DNA of 64,000 bases from positions 13,344-77,343 of the forward strand of contig JBAZJZ010000002.1 of NCBI GenBank assembly GCA_041650995.1. The letters run 5' to 3'. A program made the translations under genes and the position numbers. Below are positions 48,611 through 58,724 of this stretch, one piece after another. The notes under the pieces are model-generated. The model did not search any database. It was not told the DNA's origin and saw nothing but the letters and a program-made list of their open reading frames with translations. Position 1 is the first letter of the stretch. Each line of letters opens with the position of its first letter. This stretch comes from Patescibacteria group bacterium (lineage in GTDB: Bacteria; Patescibacteriota; Patescibacteriia; XYB2-FULL-38-15).

Positions 48611-49177
48611 ATGGCTTCAACACAAGACATTAAAAGAGGTGTGGTAATTTCATGGAAAAATGATCCACATCTTGTGACTGAATTTCAACACATTATGCCG
48701 GGCAAGGGCTCCGCATTTGTGCGCACAAAATTAAAAAACTTAAAAACAGGAAAAGTTTTGGAAAACACTTTTAAGGTGGGAGAAAAAATTGATTTGGTTG
48801 ATTTGGAAAAAAGAAAAGTTCAGTATCTTTATGCGAGCGGCGAAAAATTCGCCTTTATGGATAACAACACTTACGAGCAGTTTGAATTGGGAGTTGAGGT
48901 TTTGGCTGGTTTTGAAAAATATTTGAAAGAAGGATTAGAAGTTGTTTTACTTTTCTCCGATGGGACACCCATTACCGTGGAGTTTCCAAAAAAAGTTTCT
49001 TATAAAGTTACCGAGGCTGAGCCGGGCGTAAAAGGCGATACGGCTTCCGGCAGGGTGACAAAAGAAGTGTCCCTTGAAACTGGTTTAAAAATTCGTGTGC
49101 CTCTTTTTATTAAAGAGGGCGACACGGTTATTATCAACACAGAAACTGGTGAGTACGCCGAGAGAGCGACGGAGTAA
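48611..49177 (+). CDS. efp: Elongation factor P
   Basis: MASTQDIKRGVVI...MPGKGSAFVRTKLKN with conserved Lys in the KPGKG loop. Confidence 0.9.
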   Translation: MASTQDIKRGVVISWKNDPHLVTEFQHIMPGKGSAFVRTKLKNLKTGKVLENTFKVGEKIDLVDLEKRKVQYLYASGEKFAFMDNNTYEQFELGVEVLAGFEKYLKEGLEVVLLFSDGTPITVEFPKKVSYKVTEAEPGVKGDTASGRVTKEVSLETGLKIRVPLFIKEGDTVIINTETGEYAERATE

Positions 49178-49194
49178 AAATTTTAGCGTAATTA

Positions 49195-49227
49195 AAAAAC
49201 CCGCCGATGAGGCGGGTTTTATTTTTT
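49195..49227. terminator. Bidirectional terminator between efp and recA
   Basis: aaaaacccgccgatgaggcgggttttatttttt. Confidence 0.7.
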
Positions 49228-49232
49228 ATGTT

Positions 49233-50276
49233 TTATTCAGCGACGGGGCCATTTTCGTCGTTTTCCGCGGCGGCTTCTGACGCACTTATAACCTTTTTTC
49301 GTATTTCGGCCATTAATTTTGGATTTTCTTTTAGAAATCTTTTCGCCGTTTCTCGGCCGACGCCGAGTTTTGTTTCGCCATAGTTGTAGGAATTCCCGCT
49401 TTTATTTATTACTTTATAAACCACGGAGGTATCGAGTAAATCTCCGGAAAGAGAAATTCCTTCATTATACATAATATCAAACTCGCAAAATCTAAAGGGA
49501 GGCGCGACCTTGTTTTTTACAATTTTTGCTTTGACTCGGTTGCCGATAATTTGATCGCCTTGTTTTATTTGCGCGGCGCGGCGCACTTCAATGCGGACCG
49601 AAGAATAAAATTTAAGGGCCATTCCGCCGGTTGTGGTTTCGGGGTTTCCAAAAACAATGCCGATTTTATGTCTGATTTGGTTAATGAAGATAAGGGCGGT
49701 CTTAGTTTTAGAAATAACGCCGGTCAGTTTACGTAAGGCCTGCGACATTAATCTCGCCTGAAGCCCCATATGTTGATCGCCCATCTCGCCTTCAATTTCC
49801 GCTTTTGGCACGAGCGCGGCGACCGAATCTACAACGATTACATCAACACCGCCAGAACGGACTAGGGTTTCCACAATTTCTAAAGCCTGCTCGCCTGTGT
49901 CAGGCTGGGAAATTAAGAGTTCTTCAATATTGACGCCGATTTTTGAAGCGTACTCTGGATCAAGAGCGTGCTCGGCGTCGACAAAAGCAGCAATACCTCC
50001 GGCTTTTTGAATTTCCGCCACGACATGTTGAGCTAGGGTCGTTTTTCCACTCGCCTCTGGACCGAAAATTTCAATAATTCTTCCGCGCGGCATCCCGCCA
50101 ATACCCAACGCCAAATCTAAAGATAAACAGCCAGAGGGGACAGACTCAACTTCCATTCTCTTCGCCTCTCCCAGTTTCATAATTGAGCCATCGCCGAATC
50201 GTTCTTTAATTTGGTCGATTGCCTCCTGGGCCGCTTTAAATTTTTCTGAGACTTTTTCTTTATTCTCTTTAGTCAT
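49233..50276 (-). CDS. recA: Recombinase RecA
   Basis: [16 protein letters not shown] Walker A, L1/L2 loops, overall RecA collinearity. Confidence 0.95.
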   Translation of the reverse strand: MTKENKEKVSEKFKAAQEAIDQIKERFGDGSIMKLGEAKRMEVESVPSGCLSLDLALGIGGMPRGRIIEIFGPEASGKTTLAQHVVAEIQKAGGIAAFVDAEHALDPEYASKIGVNIEELLISQPDTGEQALEIVETLVRSGGVDVIVVDSVAALVPKAEIEGEMGDQHMGLQARLMSQALRKLTGVISKTKTALIFINQIRHKIGIVFGNPETTTGGMALKFYSSVRIEVRRAAQIKQGDQIIGNRVKAKIVKNKVAPPFRFCEFDIMYNEGISLSGDLLDTSVVYKVINKSGNSYNYGETKLGVGRETAKRFLKENPKLMAEIRKKVISASEAAAENDENGPVAE

Positions 50277-50293
50277 ATTTTTTATGATTTAAA

Positions 50294-50953
50294 TTATTTT
50301 AAAATAACTTGTCTATAAATTATATTTTCTCGACTGCGTTTTTTGGCCGCGGAAACCTTAATAATATTTAAACCAGTTTTAAGACTAATTGTTTCGTTGA
50401 AATTGCCCGCGGCGTCGGTTTGGATGGCCTGGTCATTTATTTTAACATTTACTTCTTTTTCCGTATAGCCCGATACCGTAATAGTGGGAGCTTCGGTGGT
50501 TAAGTTATTTTCCGGACTAAGCAAAGAAAGATTTGGTGGAGAAAAAATATTGTTTATTTCAAAACCAAGGTAGGTAAGAAGCAAAATGACAAAAACAGCG
50601 GCGACGGAAATTTCAATTAAACGAGGGGTGACAATAAAATTTTTTGAAGAAATTTTTTGAAGAAAAGCGGCTTTTTTTATTCGCTTACTAGTTAAATTTT
50701 CTTTTTCAAAAATTTTTTTTAGCCCGGTAAGATCCAAATTCAAAAAATTGGCGTAATTTTCCAAAATTTTTTCAGAATAAACTCCGCCGGGCAGATTTTC
50801 ATAATCTCCAGCCTCGAGGGCGGTAAGGTGGGTTAGTCTTAAGCGGGTAACATCTGCCACCTCCTCGAGAGAAAGATTTTGTTCCCGGCGGGCTTCAGAA
50901 AGAATTTCGCCAACAGTTTTATTTTTTATTTGAGTAACGGAAAATTTATACAT
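50294..50953 (-). CDS. RodZ-like HTH (XRE) domain membrane protein
   Basis: N-terminal HTH (LSLEEVADVTRLRLTHLTALE), single TM, C-terminal beta domain. Confidence 0.55.
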   Translation of the reverse strand: MYKFSVTQIKNKTVGEILSEARREQNLSLEEVADVTRLRLTHLTALEAGDYENLPGGVYSEKILENYANFLNLDLTGLKKIFEKENLTSKRIKKAAFLQKISSKNFIVTPRLIEISVAAVFVILLLTYLGFEINNIFSPPNLSLLSPENNLTTEAPTITVSGYTEKEVNVKINDQAIQTDAAGNFNETISLKTGLNIIKVSAAKKRSRENIIYRQVILK

Positions 50954-53171
50954 TTTCTTCAGAGTTTTCTTCCTCCTCTATAAGATTGTCATTTTCAATT
51001 TCTTTGGGAGCGGCTACTGCGCCGGCAATCAAGATATCGCGCGGTTTAGCGCCATCTGCTGGCCCAATTATTCCTTGTTCTTCCATAAGATCAAGCAGAC
51101 GTGCGGCTCGGGCATAACCAACTTTCAGTCGTCGTTGAAGAAGAGAGGCCGAAGCTTTTCCAGCCTGAACAATAACTTCTTTCGCATCAGAAAGTAATTC
51201 ATCATCAGAATCATTTCCCAAATCAAGACCAGGAACAGAAATGCCAAAAGCGGGTTTTTGGGTAACTTCTTCAAGATATTCTGGTTCATCCTGATTTTTT
51301 AGATAATCAATAACTTTTTTAATTTCGTGATCTCGAACAAGCGCGCCCTGCAGCCGTTTTGGCTTTCCGAGATCCGGACAAGTGTAAAGCATATCGCCGC
51401 GGCCTAAAAGTTTTTCCGCGCCAGAAGTATCCAAAATTGTTCGCGAATCAGTGTTTGAGGCCACGGCAAAAGCGATGCGGGTTGTGATATTGGCTTTGAT
51501 TAAACCAGTAATAATATTAACTGATGGTCGCTGTGTCGCCAAAATTAAATGAATGCCAACGGCGCGGGCCATTTGTGCCAAGCGGATAATCGCCGCTTCT
51601 ACTTCTGCCGCAGCCACCGCCATCAAATCTGCCAACTCATCAATAATCAAAACAAGGTATGGCATTTTTTCTCCGCTTTCACGGTTGAAAGCGCCGATGT
51701 CGCGCTTCCCATGTTTAGATAATAATTCAAACCGGCGATCCATTTCTCCAATCACCCATTTTAAGGCGTTCACGGTTTTGACTGTATCTGTAATAACCGG
51801 CGTTAAAAGATGGGGGATGCCGTTGTAAACCGTAAATTCAACGCGTTTTGGGTCAACCATAATTAAACGCAAATCGTCTGGGCTATTTTGATAAAGTAAG
51901 CTCACAATCACAGTGTTTAAACAGACGCTTTTGCCCGAACCGGTTGAGCCGGCCACTAGTAAGTGGGGCATTTTCCCCAAATCTGAAACCCACACTTTTC
52001 CGGAAACATCTTTTCCAAGCGCGACCGTGAGATTTGTTTTTCTTTGTTTAAATTCCGGTGCCCGCAAAATTTCTTTTAAATTTACGGCGGCAACTTTTTG
52101 GTTTGGGACTTCAATTCCGACAAGGGATTTCCCCGGAATTGGGGCCTCAATTCTAATAGGGTGAGCGGCCAGAGCCAAGGAGAGATCATTATGAAGACTT
52201 GTGATTTTTGTGAGCTTCACGCCGTCAGCCGGTTTTAAAGTATATTGTGTTACCGTCGGTCCAACCGAAATGTCTCCCATTTCCACAATAATACCAAAAT
52301 TTTCTAAAGTTTTTTGGATAATGTTCATCTGGGTTTTAATATCACCGCTTGTCGGCTTTTCAGATTGGTCATCTAAAAGATCAATGGGCAAGTCGATTTT
52401 TTTCCGTTCAGTCTTAACGACAAGAGGAATCATTTCAGGAGTAGGTTGTGTCTCCGCTCCGGCGGGCAAATTTTTTGTTTCAAAAGAAGGGGCGGCTGTG
52501 ACTGAAGCCTCAGCCGGTTCTTGTCCTGGTTCAATATTTTCCGCAGTTTCTTCTTGCGGTTTTCCGCTAAACTTCATGCCCAAAAACAAGAGTTTGATTT
52601 TTTGATAAATTTTTCTCCAAAAATTTCCTTTTTCCGCGATTGTGTGGAGCGAGGTATTGAAAGTTAAGAGAATAGAAGAAATAAAAACGGCAAAAATAAT
52701 CAGAATGGTTGCCACCTGACCCAAGGAAATTAAAAGGGGGTAAGAAAGAATTAGCCCTAAATATCCGCCGCCGCTTCGGAGGCCGGCGAAAGAAAATGGA
52801 TCATCATAAGAAAATCCAAGATGGAGAAGACTTTCTATAGAGAGAACCAAAAAGAAAAGACCGACATAATTTGAAATGCCGAGTTCATATTTTTCTCCAT
52901 TCAAAATAATATAGCCCAACCCCAGAAGAATAATCGGGATAACAAAGCGGCCTAAACCGAAAAATGAAGAAAGGGCGCTTTCTATCCGTATTCCCGCCGC
53001 GCCGGCTAAATTAAAAAGACTAAGAATACTGATGCCAGCCAAGGCAAAAAGAAAGATAATTACGATACCCTTTTTAGTATCCGGATTAATTTTTCCATTA
53101 TTTCTTCTGCCGTTTTTCCGCCCCTCATTTTTTTCCTCTTTTGTATATTTTATTTTAGGCATACCTCCCAA
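50946..53171 (-). CDS. ftsK: DNA translocase FtsK/SpoIIIE
   Basis: N-terminal TM helices, Walker A AGSTGSGKSVCLN, RecA-like motor, gamma domain. Confidence 0.9.
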   Translation of the reverse strand: MGGMPKIKYTKEEKNEGRKNGRRNNGKINPDTKKGIVIIFLFALAGISILSLFNLAGAAGIRIESALSSFFGLGRFVIPIILLGLGYIILNGEKYELGISNYVGLFFLVLSIESLLHLGFSYDDPFSFAGLRSGGGYLGLILSYPLLISLGQVATILIIFAVFISSILLTFNTSLHTIAEKGNFWRKIYQKIKLLFLGMKFSGKPQEETAENIEPGQEPAEASVTAAPSFETKNLPAGAETQPTPEMIPLVVKTERKKIDLPIDLLDDQSEKPTSGDIKTQMNIIQKTLENFGIIVEMGDISVGPTVTQYTLKPADGVKLTKITSLHNDLSLALAAHPIRIEAPIPGKSLVGIEVPNQKVAAVNLKEILRAPEFKQRKTNLTVALGKDVSGKVWVSDLGKMPHLLVAGSTGSGKSVCLNTVIVSLLYQNSPDDLRLIMVDPKRVEFTVYNGIPHLLTPVITDTVKTVNALKWVIGEMDRRFELLSKHGKRDIGAFNRESGEKMPYLVLIIDELADLMAVAAAEVEAAIIRLAQMARAVGIHLILATQRPSVNIITGLIKANITTRIAFAVASNTDSRTILDTSGAEKLLGRGDMLYTCPDLGKPKRLQGALVRDHEIKKVIDYLKNQDEPEYLEEVTQKPAFGISVPGLDLGNDSDDELLSDAKEVIVQAGKASASLLQRRLKVGYARAARLLDLMEEQGIIGPADGAKPRDILIAGAVAAPKEIENDNLIEEEENSEENV

Positions 53172-53613
53172 ATAAATGATAATTTATTCTTAAATTATAG
53201 TATTATTTAGAGGAAAAGTAAATCCCCACACCAGCAACTATTGGTATGAGAGTAAATCCTCTTGACAAAGAGGGGTTTTTTTCTTAGAATGACAAAAACC
53301 CCGCGCTTTAGAGTGAAAGCACGGGGCAGAATAGCAGAGAAAGAACTGGAGGCAGTGAGCTCGGCTTGGTCCCGTCATTCGACAGGACGCCGGACCCGGG
53401 ATTGGTTAAAGTGAAAAATTGAGTGTGCACCCGATTTTTACTATTCCAATCCTTCCCGACCCCCATTTCTTTCTTGGCTATTTTTGTTTAAGGTTAGGGC
53501 TTTTTTAGCACTAACATTGAAGTATATCATAAAATTAGAATTTTGTCAAGAGTTATTGACAAAACCGCCATTAAAGGCGGTTTTTTAGTTTATTTCAGGT
53601 TTTATAAAGATTA

Positions 53614-55227
53614 TCAATTTTTTACTTTATAAATTATCACTTCATTGTTTTGATAAACATTTTCTAGATATTTATCTTCGTCGGGATTAAAATTAGCTGC
53701 GTTTTTTTCTTCGGGGCCGAAAAAGAGGTAATCGATTTTATTTATTTTTAAGAAAGTGGCCCTTGTTTGGCTATTAAAGCGGGAAAAATAATATTTTAGC
53801 CACTCAGTCTTTATTGTTTGCGCGGCAGTTAAACCCCACTGGCCAACATAAACCGAGCGCAAGGAAATAGCAGGAATGAGATTGCCGTTTGGCGGGGAAG
53901 TTAGGATAACACTTTCTTCGGCAGTATTATTTTTAAGCCAGATCATCGCTTCATTTTTATTCTTTGATAAGTAAGGTGCATAGATCTGAGGAGGAGCTGA
54001 ATAGTAGACTAAGTCGTCAATGATTAAGAAATAATTAGAAAGACTAAAAACAATAAAAATAAACCATAACAAAATTTTTTTTCTATCAAACAATTTTTTA
54101 AAGATGGTATTTGTGTCAAAAAGGTAAAAAAATCCATTCATAGCCAGGAGAGCCATCACTATTTGTAAACCGGTGGTCATGCGACGCGCGAAATTAACCG
54201 GCGCGTAAATTAAGATTATTTGAGCGAAAAACCAGGCGAGAAGGAAAAAAGATTTATCATTTTTTTCTTTTTTTAATAAAATAAAGGTTCCGAAACAAGC
54301 CGAAAGAAAAAGAAAGCCATAGCTTAAAAATGTTACGCTGAGATTGGGAATAAGGCAAATGTTTTGGAGAGCAAATTGTTGGCGGGTCCAGAAATTTTTT
54401 AAAGTCCAGATATGATAAATAATCGCAGGGAGAGAAATTGTTAGTAAAATAAAATAATGTTTCAAAACATCCCATTTAATTTTTTTATTTTTCAAACATA
54501 AAAATATAAAATATACTCCCAAAATGCCAGCGAGAGCAGGCGCGTTGTAAGGATGAAATTGGAAAAGGAAAAGAGCTGTGAGGCCAGCTAAGAGGCTGTA
54601 ATTTTTTTTATTTTTTTCAATTGCAAGAAGAGTTAAAAACAAAACCGCGATAAAGAGAGTGAGTGAGGCGATAAAATGAGGAGAGTTGTAGAGTGTTGAA
54701 AAAGTGAAGGCCTCGGGAACCCAAAGATCCATGGGCCAGGCCGACGGGGTTATGGAAAAAATTTTGGAAATTAACCAGACAAGCCAGCCTAATCCCGAAG
54801 CAAAAATTAAAAAAAGAAAACAGGGTTTTCTTTTTTTTTCTTCCTTAAAAAAATGGGAAATAAAAATGTAGGCGACGGCTAAAAAAACAGGGATTAAAAA
54901 AATTCTAGAGAGTTGATAAACAGCGAAACTTGAGAGAGAAAATATTTTAGCGAAAAGCCCGACACCGAGCCAGAAAGGATCAAAGATAAAACGTCCTTCC
55001 GACTCGGAAGTAAATAAATTTTTAAAAATAATGTGACCACTTTTTACTTGTTCAATCCAAGAATAATAAACTGGCGTGTCAGCATGATCAATAAGTTGAA
55101 AGCCGAGAAAAAGACTATCTTCTGGAGTAGAAAAAAATCCGAATAAGATCGGAAGAGAAGTGACGATTACGAGCAGTAAGCTCACAAGCCCGATAAATTT
55201 CCATTCCTTTGAATTAATTTCCGGCAT
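53614..55227 (-). CDS. GT-C fold polytopic membrane glycosyltransferase (ArnT/PMT family-like)
   Basis: About 13 TM helices over 537 aa; adjacent GT2 polyprenyl-phosphate sugar synthase. Confidence 0.5.
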   Translation of the reverse strand: MPEINSKEWKFIGLVSLLLVIVTSLPILFGFFSTPEDSLFLGFQLIDHADTPVYYSWIEQVKSGHIIFKNLFTSESEGRFIFDPFWLGVGLFAKIFSLSSFAVYQLSRIFLIPVFLAVAYIFISHFFKEEKKRKPCFLFLIFASGLGWLVWLISKIFSITPSAWPMDLWVPEAFTFSTLYNSPHFIASLTLFIAVLFLTLLAIEKNKKNYSLLAGLTALFLFQFHPYNAPALAGILGVYFIFLCLKNKKIKWDVLKHYFILLTISLPAIIYHIWTLKNFWTRQQFALQNICLIPNLSVTFLSYGFLFLSACFGTFILLKKEKNDKSFFLLAWFFAQIILIYAPVNFARRMTTGLQIVMALLAMNGFFYLFDTNTIFKKLFDRKKILLWFIFIVFSLSNYFLIIDDLVYYSAPPQIYAPYLSKNKNEAMIWLKNNTAEESVILTSPPNGNLIPAISLRSVYVGQWGLTAAQTIKTEWLKYYFSRFNSQTRATFLKINKIDYLFFGPEEKNAANFNPDEDKYLENVYQNNEVIIYKVKN

Positions 55228-55933
55228 GGGATTTTTTTAATCGCCAAATTTCTTTTAAATATCCAAGGGAAACTTTTATAAAATTCACTCGGCTCTTGCG
55301 TCCGATTTTTTTGTGTTCGGTCCAGATGACGGGGATTTCTTTTACGCGATAATTTTGTTTTTCCGCAAGGACAATCATTTCAGTATCAAAAAACCATTCA
55401 TTATTTTTTATTTGTGGAAGAATATTTTTAATAACTATATGATTTACGGCCTTAAAACCGCAGGGAGCATCTTTTGTTTTAAGTTTTAGTGTAAGGTATA
55501 AAATAATTCGATAAATTCTAGAAACAATTTTTCTAATTAAGGAGCGTTTTACTTTAGATTCTGGGAGAAAACGCGCACCGGCAGCGAGGTCATAATTTTC
55601 CCGGCTGACCGCGGCGATGAGGGCGGGGAGGGCGGAAAGATTAGTTGCCAAATCTGCATCCATAAAAGCATAAACATCAGCCTTCTCCCTTTCCCAGGCC
55701 GTGCGAATGGCCCATCCCTTTCCTTTTTGCGGGAGATGCAAATATTTTATTTCTACAAAATTTTTTTCCAAATTTTTACCAATCTCTCCGGTGCGATCAC
55801 TGGAATTATTATCGGCGATGACAATTTGCCAATTGTCTGTGATATTTTTTTTCAAAAAATCATAAAGCTTAAGAGCATTCTCCTTTAAAATTGATTCCTC
55901 ATTATAAACCGGGAGCGCTACCAATATTTTCAT
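55214..55933 (-). CDS. GT2 glycosyltransferase, polyprenyl/dolichyl-phosphate sugar synthase-like (DPM1/ArnC-like)
   Basis: MKILVALPVYNEE...ADNNSSDRTGEI...FMDADL motifs. Confidence 0.8.
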   Translation of the reverse strand: MKILVALPVYNEESILKENALKLYDFLKKNITDNWQIVIADNNSSDRTGEIGKNLEKNFVEIKYLHLPQKGKGWAIRTAWEREKADVYAFMDADLATNLSALPALIAAVSRENYDLAAGARFLPESKVKRSLIRKIVSRIYRIILYLTLKLKTKDAPCGFKAVNHIVIKNILPQIKNNEWFFDTEMIVLAEKQNYRVKEIPVIWTEHKKIGRKSRVNFIKVSLGYLKEIWRLKKSHAGN

Positions 55934-55981
55934 AAATTTAACTTACGACAAATAATTTACAATTTGTCTGGTTGTATGTTG

Positions 55982-57577
55982 TCAGTCGTTTATTAACTTA
56001 TAAATTTTCCCTTCATCATCCTTATAAACCATTTGAAAATGTCCATCACTTTTCAAATTATTTTCTAAAGCAATATGGTCTTTATCCACAAAAACATATT
56101 CAGAGTGAAAATCATTTTTAACAATTTCAGAAATATTTGCCCTCCGGCCGGTTGTAATATCAACCCAAACCTTATGCAGGTCTTTATTATAATCATACAT
56201 AAAAGTTGGATCAAGTCCTGCAATATAGTAGTTATGAGTATTATAATAAAAAAGGGCGGGAAAATCATCCCAATCATTATGAAAAATAATGGCCCTTTCC
56301 GACGTATTATTTTTTAACCATTCGGCCACGCCGCGGTATTTATAGATAGAGCCACCGGAAAGATAGAGTTGTTTTATGGACCAGATATTTCGTACGGAAG
56401 TAAACGGGATCATAATTAAGACGTAAACAAGGATGAGGCTAAAAAAAATTTTTCTTTTTTGCCGCCAAACATTAATCGCGGGCAGATATTTTTTTATTAA
56501 AGACAGAGGCTCGTTTAAAACAAAAGCGGAAGCAAGCGCAGCAAAGGGGATGAAATATTCAACATTGCGACGAGAGCGCAAAGTTAAGGCCAAAAAAAAG
56601 AGTGCAAGAAGAGTTAAGGAAAAAATTTGAGTTTTTGTTTTTGGATCTTGGGCGGCAAGTCTTTCTTTAGTGGAAAATTTTTTAAGAAAATTTATAAAAA
56701 TTACAGTGAAAGAAAGAATTAGTAAAATAAAAACAAAAGAAGAGTTGGCAATTAAGTCGCCCAAGCCATAAGGATACCATTCTGCCCCCACGCCGATTTT
56801 ATCCTGATAATTTATGACAGCGATTTTAATTATTTGTTGCCAGTAAAAAAATAAATTTTTAGGGAAAAACGGATTGATGACAATTCCAGCCGCAAGGCCA
56901 CCAAAACATGCTAAAAAAAGTTTAACATTTTCTTTGGAAAAAATATTTTTAAAGAAATTTTTTATAAATAATTTTATTCCCGTGAAATTATCAGTGGCGT
57001 TTATGACAGCTTCGGCAAAGATATAGAATAAAGTTAAAACTAAAATGAGCGGCCATCCGCCGTAAGTCCACACATATATAAATGATAAAAGAAAAAGCGG
57101 CCAAAGTTTTCGGCGGAAAATAAAATAAAGACCAAGAAGTAAGATTATAAGTGAAAAGGACGCGGCTTTGGCTAGATTTATTCTAAAAACAAGAGGGCTT
57201 GAAACTAGGAGAACTAAAGAATACAAAAACGCGCCTTTGATTTGAAATTTTTTCAGAAACCAATAGAAAACTAAAATCAAAAGCGCGGCGGAAAGCGCGG
57301 TAAAAAGCTTTATTCCGACCAGCGGGTCGAGAAAGGTGACAAAAGGAATGAGAGCGACATGATATAAAAAATGGTGGTCGGCGAAATTATTTTTTAAAAC
57401 AGTAAATTGCAACCATGGGAAGTCTCTAACAATTCCTTGGTCGCGGGTTAAGACAGCCATCTTGGCGTGGTAAAAAGAATCTGGGTCGGGAAAGGTCGGG
57501 GAAATTTGAAAGTATGAAAAAAGAGAAAACGCGACGATGAAAAGTAAAAAATATTTTAATAATTCTATTTTTTTCAT
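55982..57577 (-). CDS. GT-C fold polytopic membrane glycosyltransferase (second ArnT/PMT-like paralogue)
   Basis: 531 aa, more than 12 TM helices, FPDPDSFYH extracytoplasmic-loop motif near N-terminus. Confidence 0.55.
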   Translation of the reverse strand: MKKIELLKYFLLFIVAFSLFSYFQISPTFPDPDSFYHAKMAVLTRDQGIVRDFPWLQFTVLKNNFADHHFLYHVALIPFVTFLDPLVGIKLFTALSAALLILVFYWFLKKFQIKGAFLYSLVLLVSSPLVFRINLAKAASFSLIILLLGLYFIFRRKLWPLFLLSFIYVWTYGGWPLILVLTLFYIFAEAVINATDNFTGIKLFIKNFFKNIFSKENVKLFLACFGGLAAGIVINPFFPKNLFFYWQQIIKIAVINYQDKIGVGAEWYPYGLGDLIANSSFVFILLILSFTVIFINFLKKFSTKERLAAQDPKTKTQIFSLTLLALFFLALTLRSRRNVEYFIPFAALASAFVLNEPLSLIKKYLPAINVWRQKRKIFFSLILVYVLIMIPFTSVRNIWSIKQLYLSGGSIYKYRGVAEWLKNNTSERAIIFHNDWDDFPALFYYNTHNYYIAGLDPTFMYDYNKDLHKVWVDITTGRRANISEIVKNDFHSEYVFVDKDHIALENNLKSDGHFQMVYKDDEGKIYKLIND

Positions 57578-57607
57578 CGGATAGGTTTCCTCCTTTAGAA
57601 GTTTTGA

Positions 57608-58633
57608 TTAGCCAAGTTGTTTTTTAAAGAAATCAACCCAGGGAACAGGGGAGGGATCTAAATTATAATTTATTGCGAGATGAAAACTAAGATAACTTCC
57701 AAAAACCAAGGCTTCAAAAGATTGCAGTATTTTAGTTTTTGATTTTGGAGCGTATTCAATAAAATTAATTTTATTTTTTGCGAGTACGGTTTTTAATATT
57801 TTGTATCTTTTTTGGTCGCGCGGCAGATAAAGATTTGAATTTATAAGAAGAAAAACAAGATTTTTCTGGTTAGTCGCCGGATTTTTTAATCCTTCCATTA
57901 AATGATGATTTAATTCAGGAAGTTCGAAATAGGCGGCAAAACATTTTGCATTTTCATTTATTTGATTTGCCATTATATGGGCATTGCCAGAGAGAAATTC
58001 TGAAGCGACAAGAATCGGAGCTTTGTTTTTCAATTTTGCCGCGAAAGTTGCGGTCGAGTTTTCTTTATTTTGGAGAACGTTTAAAGTTTTTTCGATCTCT
58101 TTATTATCAACGTTTAAAACGCCACATTTTTTAAGAAGTCCAATCTGTCCGAAGATTGAATATCCCAAGCCCATACGAGGTTGGTTTGAGGGGTTGTAAG
58201 TCGTTTCAAAAATATAAGCAGGATATTTATTAGCGCGTAAAAAAGTAGCTAGTTTTCCGCCGGCGGCAATACCTACAATTTTCGCTTTCCTTTTTTTTGC
58301 TTCAGCGGCGCAAGATAATGTTTCTTCAGTATTTCCGGAGTAACTTGAAAGGATGACCAAAGTTGTTGGACCAACGTAGGCCGGGAGTTTGTAGCCGCGG
58401 ACGATTTCCAGCGGCTTTTTCAATTTGTCGGCGAAAAGAGATTGAATCAAGTGACCGCCAAGCGCTGAACCGCCCATGCCCGAGATGACAATATTTTCCA
58501 CGCCACGATAGGCGACTGGAATTTTCATTTTTTTAACCTCTCGCCAAGCCGCCTCACATTGCTTGCCTAAAAGTTCGATTGACCCGAGCAAATTTGATTT
58601 GTCTAATTTTTTGATTTGTTGAGGAATAATCAT
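57608..58633 (-). CDS. Bifunctional phosphoglucose/phosphomannose isomerase (SIS-domain PGI/PMI family)
   Basis: Two SIS-domain arrangement, about 340 aa. Confidence 0.7.
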   Translation of the reverse strand: MIIPQQIKKLDKSNLLGSIELLGKQCEAAWREVKKMKIPVAYRGVENIVISGMGGSALGGHLIQSLFADKLKKPLEIVRGYKLPAYVGPTTLVILSSYSGNTEETLSCAAEAKKRKAKIVGIAAGGKLATFLRANKYPAYIFETTYNPSNQPRMGLGYSIFGQIGLLKKCGVLNVDNKEIEKTLNVLQNKENSTATFAAKLKNKAPILVASEFLSGNAHIMANQINENAKCFAAYFELPELNHHLMEGLKNPATNQKNLVFLLINSNLYLPRDQKRYKILKTVLAKNKINFIEYAPKSKTKILQSFEALVFGSYLSFHLAINYNLDPSPVPWVDFFKKQLG

Positions 58634-58724
58634 GTTTATAAGGTCATTATTTTATTTCTTTATTCTAACATTTTTAATATAAATAAAAAAGCCCGGACAT
58701 AAGCCGGGCTAAAACGCGCTTAAT

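Noticed and set aside
53290-53470. Calling the GC-rich intergenic core as tmRNA, RNase P RNA or SRP RNA
   Set aside because: Searched by eye for the tmRNA ends (ggggctgattctggattcgacggg ... acca) and tag ORF, the RNase P P4 motif (ggaaagtccgggc / acagaacccggc), and SRP helix-8 (aggtccggaaggaagc). None is present, so it is left as an unclassified candidate.
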